Part shown: positions 37,919 to 49,010 of the stretch, piece after piece
Numbering within the stretch: position 1 is the first letter of the stretch
Layout: each line of letters starts with the position of its first letter
Assembly: GCA_047601445.1 (NCBI GenBank)
Contig: JASGJH010000001.1
Location: 8,800,001 to 8,864,000, forward strand
Length of the DNA stretch: 64,000 bases
From: Myxococcales bacterium
GTDB lineage: Bacteria > Myxococcota_A > Polyangia > Polyangiales > DASUME01
Direction of reading: 5' to 3'
Notes under the pieces: generated by a model
The model's input: only the letters and a program-made list of their open reading frames with translations
Databases searched by the model: none
What the model was told of the DNA's origin: nothing
Program-made: the position numbers and the translations under genes

Positions 37919-39826
37919 TCAAGGAGCGCTGGGAGCAGGCGTGGGGGCGACTGGAGCAACCGGGGGCACAGGCGTGGGGGCGACTGGGGCAACCGGGGGC
38001 ACTGGTGCAGGCGCAGACGGAGGCTCGGGCGCTGCCGTGACCGGAGGCGCAGGCGGGGCGGGGGCTGCGGGCGCGGGCTCTGAGGGCGCGGGCTCAGCAG
38101 GCGTGGGCGTAGTCGCGGGCGGCGTCGATGGGTCGCTGGGCGTCGGCACGGCCGCGGGCGCCGCGTCCGTGGGTGCGGCTGCGGGAGTCTCGCTAGCCGG
38201 CGCTGGCGGCGCGGCGGGAGCAGCTGGAGCGGCAGCTTCGGGCGCAGCGGGCACCACCGGTGCGGGCTCAGCTTGCGCTGCGGGCTGGGGCAACGTGCTC
38301 ATCGCCGGCGCGGATGCGGGCGCGCGCGCTTGCATCTCATCGAACTTCCAACGCAAACCCAGACCGATGAAGTTCGCCTCCATCACGTACTTGCCGTTGC
38401 CGATGGCGGGACGATCGCCGGGCGCGTAGTGATGCGGGTCATTGTCCTGGGGCAACGGCTTGATGGCAGCGGGCAAGAGGACCGCGCTGTTGTTCACGTT
38501 GCGGTTCTGCATGAACATGTGCCCGTAGCTGGCATCGAGGAAGACGCGCGAGGAGATCTCCACGCTCGCACCAAGGCTCAGCAGAAACTTCTGCGTGTCC
38601 AGCGCGGCCGGGCTCAGGTTGCGGTCGGAGAACGCACTCGACTCGTACATCAAGCCGGCCAACACCTTGGCGCCGCGTCCACGCCACTTCTTCTTGACGT
38701 CGTAGCTGCCGCCCACCGCGATGGCCCAGGTGTCGCGCATGTTGCGCGCCAGCGAGACGCTCTGGGCTTTCACGTCGCCAATGCTCGGTACATCGTGGGC
38801 GACGACGTCCTTGGGCGTGACGCGGATGGACTGTTGCTGCGCCCAGTGTTCCCAGGTGCCAGCCACCTCCACGCGCGCTTCCTTGAGCGGCCTGAACTCG
38901 GCGCCGAGGCGCACGATGGTGGGCAGCACCACGGACATGTCCGCCTTGAGATCTTTGCTGCCCTTCGGGCCCTGTAGCTGGACGTTATCGAAGATCGCTT
39001 GGTCGGGCAGCCTGATGTCGAACTGGGCTTCTCCCGAGACCTTGGTGCGCAGCTGGACCGACGCGCCGAGGCGTACGTGATCGAGGTCGAGGTTGGCGCC
39101 GAGCACGGCGGTGGCCGTGTACACCGGCCCTAGCAGGAACTTGGTGCGACCTTCCCACTCCTTGGCTTCGGGCTGCTGGCAGAACGCGTAGTCACAGGCG
39201 CTGACCGCCACCTCGCCGCCGAGCTGCGCGGCTGTCAGGTAGAGCGCGCCGCCGAACGAGAGCCGGTCGGTGGCTTGATAGGCGGCGCCGAGCGCGAGCG
39301 AGCCGATGAAGGAGCCATTACCGTTGAGCACGGAGTAGCGCTGAGGAGCGCGATCTCCGTTGGGGAGCTGAGAGGGCCAGCTGGACGCATAGGCCGGGGG
39401 AATGATGAGGCCCACGCCGAAGCCGAGCTTCTTGAACCCGAGGTTGTCGCTGAAGGCGATGGTCGGGATGGGCACGGGCAACGAGTTGCCGTTCACGGTG
39501 GGCTCGTAGGTGCCGTTGTCGAGCTTGCGAGTGAACTCCGTCTGCACCATCGGGAGCACGAAATCCACGAGCAGCTGCCGCTTGCTCTCGACGAGTCCTG
39601 CGGGGTTGTACCAGAGCGCTTGCGGGTTGCGTGAACCCGCCACCGTGGCACCGCCTTGGGCGGCCGACTCGGCACCGCGCGGGAAAAGGTAGAGGCCGCC
39701 GGCATGGGCCTTTCGTGGAAGGCCGCCTAAAAGCAGAACGAGCGCTGCGAGGAGAACCACGCGCGCTCCGGTCGCGCGCCACTGCCATGCCAAGAAAGCC
39801 GTCACAAAACCTCGGGTGCCCGGCAC
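37919..39826 (-). CDS. OmpP1/FadL family outer-membrane transporter with Pro/Ala-rich C-terminal tail
   Basis: KAHA|GGLY, ALWYNPAGL, PQRYS, beta-strand pattern ending GLRWKF, then a 140-aa PA tail. Confidence 0.88.
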   Translation of the reverse strand: MPGTRGFVTAFLAWQWRATGARVVLLAALVLLLGGLPRKAHAGGLYLFPRGAESAAQGGATVAGSRNPQALWYNPAGLVESKRQLLVDFVLPMVQTEFTRKLDNGTYEPTVNGNSLPVPIPTIAFSDNLGFKKLGFGVGLIIPPAYASSWPSQLPNGDRAPQRYSVLNGNGSFIGSLALGAAYQATDRLSFGGALYLTAAQLGGEVAVSACDYAFCQQPEAKEWEGRTKFLLGPVYTATAVLGANLDLDHVRLGASVQLRTKVSGEAQFDIRLPDQAIFDNVQLQGPKGSKDLKADMSVVLPTIVRLGAEFRPLKEARVEVAGTWEHWAQQQSIRVTPKDVVAHDVPSIGDVKAQSVSLARNMRDTWAIAVGGSYDVKKKWRGRGAKVLAGLMYESSAFSDRNLSPAALDTQKFLLSLGASVEISSRVFLDASYGHMFMQNRNVNNSAVLLPAAIKPLPQDNDPHHYAPGDRPAIGNGKYVMEANFIGLGLRWKFDEMQARAPASAPAMSTLPQPAAQAEPAPVVPAAPEAAAPAAPAAPPAPASETPAAAPTDAAPAAVPTPSDPSTPPATTPTPAEPAPSEPAPAAPAPPAPPVTAAPEPPSAPAPVPPVAPVAPTPVPPVAPVAPTPAPSAP

Positions 39827-39843
39827 TTTATGTGCAAAACGCA

Positions 39844-39910
39844 GCGATTGGAAGCCGGCGATTGGAAGCTGGCGCTTGGAAGCGGGCCATGGGAAGCGGC
39901 GTGGGAGCGC
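39844..39910. repeat. Degenerate 14-bp (2x7) tandem repeat GCGATTGGAAGCYG
   Basis: gcgattggaagccg gcgattggaagctg gcgcttggaagcgg gccatgggaagcg gcgtgggagcgc. Confidence 0.8.
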
Positions 39911-40013
39911 AGGAGCATCGCGCGAGGTGGTTGCTGGACGGCGATCCGGGGTGACCGCGCTGTCGTCGTGGGCGCAACGGCTCCCCGGGATAGCCTGAGG
40001 CTAGACTCTCGAG

Positions 40014-41549
40014 ATGCGTCTCGCCGAGCTCGCCCAGGTCTCAAGTGCGGTAGCCCAGGCCTCAAAGCGCAGCGAAAAAGTGGCCCTCCTCGCAACTTGC
40101 TTGCGGGCCGAGCCCGCCGGGGACCGCTGCTTGCGCGCGCTGTATCTCGCGGGTCAGCTCCCGCAGGCCAAGCTGGGCGTGGGGCCGGCCCAAATCTTCG
40201 CCCTCGCGAGTGCGCCCGCGGAGAGCCCGAGCCTCGAGCTGACTGAGGTCGACCAATCCTTGACCGAGCTTGCCGCAGCGCGCGGTCCGGGCGTGGGCGA
40301 GCGGCGCACAGGGCTCTTGGGCAGGTTGTGGCAGGCTGCGACCACTGATGAGCAGCGCTTCTTGAGGCATCTCTTGTTGGGCGAGCTGCGTCAGGGGGCA
40401 CTCGAGGCACTGGTGCTGGAGGCGGTCGCGCGAGCCACCGGCGTGTCCATCGACAGTCTGCGGCGGGCGCACATGTTCTCCGGTCAGCTCGCACCGGTGG
40501 TCGAGGCGGCGTTCGACGCAGGGGAGACGGGTCTCGCACGCTTCGGGCTCACGCTGTTTCGTCCGGTGCTGCCCATGCTCGCCGAACCCGCGGAAGATCT
40601 CGGGCAAGCGCTGGCGCAGCTCGGTCGCGCGGTGCTCGAGTTCAAGCTCGACGGAGCGCGCATCCAGGTTCACAAGGCCGAGGGCGAAGTTCGGGTGTAC
40701 TCGCGCAGCGGTCAGGACGTGAGCGCAGCGGTGCCCGAGATCGGCGAGTTCATGCGGACGCTTCCGAGCCGCGAGCTGGTACTCGACGGCGAGGTCATCG
40801 CGCTGCGTGGTGATGGTCGCCCGCTGCCTTTTCAGGAGACCATGCGCCGGTTCGGTCGCAAGCTCGATGTCCCGGAGCTACGCGCGAGCCTGCCATTGAC
40901 GCCATTTTTCTTCGATTGTTTGCGACACGACGGCCAGACCTTGCTCGATGCGTCCACGCTCGAGCGCGGCGACGTGCTGGTCGCGGCGGTGCCGGCGAGC
41001 GCGCGCATGCCACGTCTGGTCACGGATGACTTGGCGCAGGCCGAGGCGTTTCTCGAGAGCGCCTTGAGCGCGGGACACGAGGGCATCATGGCCAAGTCCA
41101 CGAGCGCCCCGTACCTGGCCGGGCGACGCGGGCAGAGCTGGCTGAAGATCAAGTCCGTGCATACCCTCGACTTGGTGGTGCTCGCGGCCGAATGGGGGAG
41201 CGGAAGACGTCGCGGCTTCTTGAGTAATCTGCACCTCGGCGCGCGCGACCCGGAGAGCGGCGGCTTCGTGATGCTCGGCAAGACCTTCAAGGGACTCACC
41301 GACGTCATGCTCGAGAGCCAGACGCGGGAGCTCTTGGCCCGCGAGCTGAGCCGCGACGCTTACACGGTGTACGTCAAGCCGGAGCTCGTGGTGGAGATCG
41401 CCTTCAACGACGTCCAGACCAGCCCGCAGTACCCGGGTGGGGTGGCCCTGCGCTTCGCCCGCGTGAAGCGCTATCGCCCCGACAAGATCGCGGGCGATGC
41501 CGACACCATCGAGCAGGTCCGAGCGCTCCATCACGCCGCACGAAAGTGA
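40014..41549 (+). CDS. ATP-dependent DNA ligase (LigB-like)
   Basis: EFKLDGARIQVH, LDGE, FFFD, EGIMAK, WLKIK, GKTFKG, LRFAR. Confidence 0.93.
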   Translation: MRLAELAQVSSAVAQASKRSEKVALLATCLRAEPAGDRCLRALYLAGQLPQAKLGVGPAQIFALASAPAESPSLELTEVDQSLTELAAARGPGVGERRTGLLGRLWQAATTDEQRFLRHLLLGELRQGALEALVLEAVARATGVSIDSLRRAHMFSGQLAPVVEAAFDAGETGLARFGLTLFRPVLPMLAEPAEDLGQALAQLGRAVLEFKLDGARIQVHKAEGEVRVYSRSGQDVSAAVPEIGEFMRTLPSRELVLDGEVIALRGDGRPLPFQETMRRFGRKLDVPELRASLPLTPFFFDCLRHDGQTLLDASTLERGDVLVAAVPASARMPRLVTDDLAQAEAFLESALSAGHEGIMAKSTSAPYLAGRRGQSWLKIKSVHTLDLVVLAAEWGSGRRRGFLSNLHLGARDPESGGFVMLGKTFKGLTDVMLESQTRELLARELSRDAYTVYVKPELVVEIAFNDVQTSPQYPGGVALRFARVKRYRPDKIAGDADTIEQVRALHHAARK

Positions 41550-41648
41550 GCGGCGCGTGGACCCGGACGGTGCGCGTGCCGGACGCGCGCGTCTAGGGAG
41601 CCACGACGCGCTTGGCTCGGGGCCCCGCGGTCCGTACACTGCGCCCCG

Positions 41649-42698
41649 ATGTTGCCCCGGCGCTGTGTGGTCCTCGTCAACGCTGACTTCGAGTCTCGTC
41701 GCGCCGAACTCGAGGCAGACGGTCCACGTGGCTACGAAGCCGACGCCGCTGTGCTCGACACCGCCCGCGAGGTGCGCGCGGCCATCGCCGGTCTCGGCAT
41801 CGAGGTCGAAGAGCTGCGGGTCACCACCAGCCTGCGCGGGATACCCGGCAAGCTGCGCGCCCTCGGAGCCGAGGTCGTGTTCAACTTGGTCGAGTCCATC
41901 GACAACGATTACGGACGTGAATGGCAGGTCCCCGAGCTGCTCGAACGCCACGGTTTCGCCTACACGGGCAACGGAGTCACGCCGCTCAGGCTGTGTCGCG
42001 CGAAGGACCAGGCACGCAAGGTCTTGTTGGCGGCCGACGTGCGCCTGGCGCGCGGCATCGTGGTGCGCGACGCGCAGTTCAAGACCTCGGCGAAGCTCGG
42101 CTTCCCCGCCTTCGTCAAGCCGGCCCGCGTGGATGGTTCCATCGGCATCGACGCTGAATCGGTGGTCCGCGACGTGGCACAGCTCAAGGCACGCGTGGAG
42201 AAGTTGATGAACGCGCAGCTGCCCGGGCCGTTCCTGGTGGAGGAGTTCTTGCCCGGCAAGGAGATCAACGTCTCGATCTTCCCGAGTCCGGGGCCCACGG
42301 GGCATGTCGTGCCCACCGAGATCGATTTCTCGCCCGTGCCGGCTCACTTGCCGCGCTTCATCACCTACGACAGCAAGTGGAACCCCGAGAGTCCGGAGTA
42401 CGCCTCCAAGTCCGTGCCCGCCCAGCTCTCCCCCGCGCTGCGCACCGAAGTCGAGTCGTTGGCGCGGCGCGCTTTCTCGGCGCTCGGCGGCAGCGCCTAC
42501 GGGCGCGTGGACATGCGACTCGACACGGAGGGCCGGCCCTGCGTGATCGACGTCAATCCCAACAACGACATCCATCCCGACGCAGGCCTCGTGACCGCCG
42601 CCAAGTCGATCGGGCTGAGCTATCCCCAGTTGATTGCCCAGGTGCTCGAACGCGCGCTTGAGGTGAAAGAGGTGAAACATGTTCGTGCGTCCCATTGA
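41649..42698 (+). CDS. D-Ala-D-Ala ligase-like ATP-grasp protein
   Basis: VFNLVES, YTG, FVKP..DGSIGI, VEEFLPGKE, ITYDSKW, YGRVDMR, DVNPN. Confidence 0.88.
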   Translation: MLPRRCVVLVNADFESRRAELEADGPRGYEADAAVLDTAREVRAAIAGLGIEVEELRVTTSLRGIPGKLRALGAEVVFNLVESIDNDYGREWQVPELLERHGFAYTGNGVTPLRLCRAKDQARKVLLAADVRLARGIVVRDAQFKTSAKLGFPAFVKPARVDGSIGIDAESVVRDVAQLKARVEKLMNAQLPGPFLVEEFLPGKEINVSIFPSPGPTGHVVPTEIDFSPVPAHLPRFITYDSKWNPESPEYASKSVPAQLSPALRTEVESLARRAFSALGGSAYGRVDMRLDTEGRPCVIDVNPNNDIHPDAGLVTAAKSIGLSYPQLIAQVLERALEVKEVKHVRASH

Positions 42699-43161
42699 GA
42701 CGGCGGATGCCCCTGGACTCTCGGCGCTGCTGCGACAGATCGAACAGTTCAAGCCCGACGAGGTCACGGTCGCCGAGGAGCTGATCGAGGCCTCGATCCG
42801 CGATCCCCGAGGGACCGGTTACGAGACTCTGGTGGCTTTGGACGAGCAGGCCGGCCAGGAGCGCGTGGTGGGCTACGTCTGCTTCGGGCCCACGCCGATG
42901 ACCGCGGCCACCTGGGACCTCTACTGGATCGCGGTATCGCCCGCGCTGCAGGGCAAGGGCCTGGGAAAGCGCCTCTATGCGAGCTTCGCCGACGCCATTC
43001 GTGCGCGCGGCGGACGCCAGGTGCGCATCGAGACGTCGTCCCAGGAGATTTACGCGGCGACCGGCGGTTTTTACGAGCGACTGGGCTTCGAGCTGGCCGG
43101 CAAGCTGCGGGATTTTTACGCGGTTGGGGACGACTTGTTGATCTTCTATCGGGTGATCTGA
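42679..43161 (+). CDS. GNAT N-acetyltransferase
   Basis: GYVCFGPTP, DLYWIAV, QGKGLG, IETSS, FYERLGF. Confidence 0.9.
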   Translation: MFVRPIETADAPGLSALLRQIEQFKPDEVTVAEELIEASIRDPRGTGYETLVALDEQAGQERVVGYVCFGPTPMTAATWDLYWIAVSPALQGKGLGKRLYASFADAIRARGGRQVRIETSSQEIYAATGGFYERLGFELAGKLRDFYAVGDDLLIFYRVI

Positions 43162-43366
43162 GCGTGCGGCTGTAACGGAAGCGGCCGTGACGGCTACTGG
43201 ATAGGGGGCGTTTTATGCGTGCTTCCTTACAGGAACGGCGCGGATCGACGAAGTTGGAAACACTTGGGCCGCCGGGCGGTGTTCTGGCGAGAGCGTCTTT
43301 GACGGACTAGGTTCTGAACCCGAGCGCGGCGCCACGTCTCCTGGCCGCCCACTAGAGTGAACAATC

Positions 43367-44089
43367 ATGGCAGATGCCGGCGCAAATCGTTCCCTCGGCT
43401 CCGAGAGCAGTCGACCCCCGGCCTCCGAAGGGGCGCGAGCGGCCTCGGAGGGGGGCCCCCGGCCCGCATCAAGGGTCGAGCTGCCCGAGGGCCCTCGACC
43501 ACGTAGAGGAGCACCCGAGCAGACCCGGGCGCGCCTGATTCAAACCGCCGCCCAGACCTTCAACGAAGTGCCCTACTGGGAGACCGACTCGAACCAGATC
43601 GCCAAGGCGGCCGGTTACTCCACGGGCACTTTCTACCGGCACTTCAAGGACAAGCGCGAGATCTTCATCGCCGCCTACCGCGAATGGGTCGCCGAGGAGT
43701 GGGCCAGCATCGAGTCACAGGTCGCTCCGGGCCAGTCGCCTGGCGAAAGCATCGATCGCGCGGCGGATGCACTCATCGAGCACCATCGGCGTTGGCGCGT
43801 GTTCCGAGGCAACTTGCGGGCGCTGGTCACCTACGACGAGGAGCTGCGCGAGCTCACCCACACCCTGCGTCGCGAGACGCTGGAGAAGATGAGCATGTTG
43901 CGCGCCCGTCAGGGACCTCCCGGCGAGCGCAGCCTCGAGAGCGACGCCATCCACGCCATGATGTTCGAACGCGTGTGCGACGGCATCGCGGACGGCGATT
44001 TCAAGTCGCTGGGCTGCTCGGTCGACGTGGCGCAGGCCGAGTTCCGGCGGATGATGCGCCAATATCTGCTCGACGGGTTGTTCGGCTGA
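43367..44089 (+). CDS. TetR/AcrR family regulator
   Basis: TRARLIQTAA..F...IAKAAGYSTGTFYRHFKDK. Confidence 0.9.
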   Translation: MADAGANRSLGSESSRPPASEGARAASEGGPRPASRVELPEGPRPRRGAPEQTRARLIQTAAQTFNEVPYWETDSNQIAKAAGYSTGTFYRHFKDKREIFIAAYREWVAEEWASIESQVAPGQSPGESIDRAADALIEHHRRWRVFRGNLRALVTYDEELRELTHTLRRETLEKMSMLRARQGPPGERSLESDAIHAMMFERVCDGIADGDFKSLGCSVDVAQAEFRRMMRQYLLDGLFG

Positions 44090-44147
44090 GCTTCGGCGTT
44101 CATCTTCCGGGCGGCGCACAGCGCCTGGCCCTCGAGAAGGAACGCAC

Positions 44148-46184
<2,037 letters not shown>

Positions 46185-46196
46185 GCGGCGGGGGGG

Positions 46197-47342
46197 TCAC
46201 GCTGTGCCCTCACGCGGCTCGGCCCGGGTGGAGTCGGCGAACGAGCCGTGCGACGTCAGCTCCAGCGAGCCGATGCGTTGGGCGAAGGCTAGGCTGGGCG
46301 CTTCGATGGTCTTGTAGAACACCCAGGCGCCCGCGATGCAGGCGCACGTCACGATGATCAGCCAAAAGGCCTCGAGCCAGGGGGTACCGCGGCCCGTGAA
46401 CATGTAGCCGAGGCGGAAGCCCGCGCCGGACAGCGGGTTGTGCACAAGGTAGAGGCTGTAGGAGATGGCGCCGAGCAACTGGAAGGGGCGTGCGCTCAAC
46501 CAGCTCCGCAACTTGCCCAGCAGTCCGACTGCCAGCACGACCGCACCGGTCAGCGTCCCCACGGCGAGCGGGATGCTTTCGGAGTGAATCGCGGCGCCGC
46601 TGAGCACGGCCAGGTCGAACACGGCCGCGACGGTCGGCACGTAGTCGCCCAGTGTGGCGCGTGTGACCGCGCGCCACACCAACACGCCGGACAAGAACAA
46701 GTGCCAGTGGCCGAAGAAAAGCCCCGGCGTCTGAAAGGGCGCCGCCTCGAGGGCCCACAAGTTGGCCAACAACACGCTGGGCCACAGCACGAAGTCGAGG
46801 GCGCGCTCCTTGTCCATGCGCTCCGCGAGGCGAGTCACCAGCACCATCAGCAGGGCAAAGGCCAGGTAGAACTGAATCTCCACACACAGCGTCCAGTAGG
46901 TGTCGGCGATGAAGTCGGTCTGCATGAGCCCTGGCAAGTAGGCTGCGTGCAACATGAGGTCGCGGGCCGAAGGGGGCGAGAACATGGCTCCACCGACGAA
47001 CTTGGCAGACAGGGCCGCGAACATCACCACGAGCAGGATGGACGCCCAGTAGGGCGGATCGAGGCGGACGGTCCGGCGCAGTAGAAAGAAGCCCGCCGCG
47101 CGTGGGGTCACTTGCTGCGGGATCAGCGCGTTCGCGATGACGAAGCCGCTGATCACGAAGAACACGAACACGCCGCTATTGCCGTGCTCGAACACCCAGC
47201 GGACGCCTGCGGGCAAGAGAGCCGAGAGCGACGTGACGTGATGGCCCGCGCGTGCGTGAAACAGGACCACCATCAGCGCAGCGAGGCCGCGCAGCCCATC
47301 GATGAACCGATAGTGGGTCGTCCCGGGGGATTCGTTCGCCAT
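46197..47342 (-). CDS. Acyltransferase-3 (OafA-like) membrane O-acyltransferase
   Basis: IDGLRGLAALMVVLFH, FFVISGF, WTLCVEIQFY, GAISYSLYLVH, IEAP. Confidence 0.93.
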   Translation of the reverse strand: MANESPGTTHYRFIDGLRGLAALMVVLFHARAGHHVTSLSALLPAGVRWVFEHGNSGVFVFFVISGFVIANALIPQQVTPRAAGFFLLRRTVRLDPPYWASILLVVMFAALSAKFVGGAMFSPPSARDLMLHAAYLPGLMQTDFIADTYWTLCVEIQFYLAFALLMVLVTRLAERMDKERALDFVLWPSVLLANLWALEAAPFQTPGLFFGHWHLFLSGVLVWRAVTRATLGDYVPTVAAVFDLAVLSGAAIHSESIPLAVGTLTGAVVLAVGLLGKLRSWLSARPFQLLGAISYSLYLVHNPLSGAGFRLGYMFTGRGTPWLEAFWLIIVTCACIAGAWVFYKTIEAPSLAFAQRIGSLELTSHGSFADSTRAEPREGTA

Positions 47343-47502
47343 CGTGTCCCCAATCTGGGCGGCGCCGACTAACAAGCCGTCCAGACGACACAACTGCAAG
47401 GTTCAGGCCGCCAAATGTGGCGCGTTGGCGTGCGTGAGGCGCGAAAAGGACCGACGCCCGTCTACTTGCGTTCGCTGCAAATCCAGCCGAGAACGCTCTC
47501 GC

Positions 47503-48915
47503 TCAGCGCCCTTTGGCAACGCCGGGCATGCGATACACGAAGGCCAAGACCGTGCGCAGATAGTGATCGGACCCGTCCTTGGGCAGCACGATACCGCCCG
47601 CGGGATCGGAGCCGAAGTCGAACACGTAGCGTCGGAAGTCGACTCCCAGGCGGATGCCGAAGACCTCCTTGATGTACGTGCCGATGCCGAACGCGAACTC
47701 GAAGGCGTGGCTGGAGAGATTGGGCGCGTAGGCGTTGGAGCCGATCTCGCCGGTGTTGAGCAAGTACAGATAGGCCGCGGCCACGTCGATGCTCAGCCAA
47801 TCGACGAAATCGATGCCGGTGCCCACGCCGAAGCGCAGGGCGCTGTAGGTGACTCCGGGCTGCCTCGCTGCCCGAGGCAAGTCGGCCTGGAACACTTGCC
47901 GCACGTAGCCGACGCGAAAGCGCGGTTCGAAGATCTCGAGCGGCAGGCGATAGAGCGCCCCCGCGGAGAACTCGTAGGCAGTGGTCGAGTACTCTTTGCC
48001 CATCCATCGCGACTTGAGCCCCATGGAGTAGTCGACGTCAGCCTCGAGACCGAAGTCCGACAAATAGTCGCCGCGCTTGTGGGCTCCGGGAAACCAGCGC
48101 ACGCCGGCCGCCAGGTTCACGGCAGGACTGCCGGCCGTGTTCTCGTAGCCACTCAGGTCCGTCGCGGAGTCGTCGTAGCTGAGCTTGCGCCACATCAAGC
48201 GCGGGCCGCCCCAGACGATCAGCGCGGGGTGCTTGGCAGACTTGCCGGACGCGGGGACCTTGGGTTCGTCGGCGTCGACGCGCGCCTCGACGCTGCGCTC
48301 TTCATCTTCTTCTGACTCTTCGTCGTGGCCCACAGGGCTTGCGCCCGCAGCCGGGCTCTTCTTGGGAGTCGTTGCATCGCGCGTCGCCTGTGGCGCACTC
48401 TCGGCCGGCTTGCTCGGCGCTGAGGTGCCTTCGACCGCGCTGCCCAGGGCCGTCCAGAAGTTGTCCCGAATGCTCGAGAGCTGCTTCGGCGATTTGCGGG
48501 TCCAGGTTTCCTCACCTGCCGCGAGGCCCGTGCTCGCGTCGCGCACGCGCACGTTGGCCTTCACCTTGCCCTTCGCCTTCGACACGGTGCCCTCGATGAA
48601 CGCGCTCGCGCCGAGCTCCGCCCCCACGCGCTGGTAGCTCTCCGAGCTACCCCATTCGACGCCGAGCTTTTGGCGCGCCGCTTCGGCCTCCTTGCTCGAG
48701 ACGACCTCCACCTCGCTGCGCTCTTTCAACGCGCTTACCACGTGGCCGCGCACAGCCGAAGCCTGCGGCCCGCGAAACTCCAGGACCACCACGCGCTTGC
48801 TTTGCGCAGCGGCGTCGCTCGCATTCGACAGCATCAAGAAGAGGCTCACGACAGCAAGCAGCCAGGTGCGGCCGGTGTGTACGAATTGGCCACACGGCCA
48901 CGACATGACTCTCAC
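47503..48915 (-). CDS. Exported protein: N-terminal alpha/beta domain, linker, C-terminal outer-membrane beta-barrel
   Basis: AGGAGG SD 6 nt before GTG 48915 (or ATG 48906); signal peptide ..DAAA|Q; amphipathic strands in the C-terminal half. Confidence 0.75.
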   Translation of the reverse strand: MRVMSWPCGQFVHTGRTWLLAVVSLFLMLSNASDAAAQSKRVVVLEFRGPQASAVRGHVVSALKERSEVEVVSSKEAEAARQKLGVEWGSSESYQRVGAELGASAFIEGTVSKAKGKVKANVRVRDASTGLAAGEETWTRKSPKQLSSIRDNFWTALGSAVEGTSAPSKPAESAPQATRDATTPKKSPAAGASPVGHDEESEEDEERSVEARVDADEPKVPASGKSAKHPALIVWGGPRLMWRKLSYDDSATDLSGYENTAGSPAVNLAAGVRWFPGAHKRGDYLSDFGLEADVDYSMGLKSRWMGKEYSTTAYEFSAGALYRLPLEIFEPRFRVGYVRQVFQADLPRAARQPGVTYSALRFGVGTGIDFVDWLSIDVAAAYLYLLNTGEIGSNAYAPNLSSHAFEFAFGIGTYIKEVFGIRLGVDFRRYVFDFGSDPAGGIVLPKDGSDHYLRTVLAFVYRMPGVAKGR

Positions 48916-49010
48916 CCGGTTCCTCCTCGAGCGACACCCGACACGGATGACGTGCCCACTATATCGACGATGGAGCCTGAGCGATCCCCTAAATGTCCGT
49001 TGGAACGAGC

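Noticed and set aside
41649..42698. Housekeeping ddl gene symbol
   Set aside because: It lacks the canonical N-terminal Ddl motif and is not in a cell-wall gene context.
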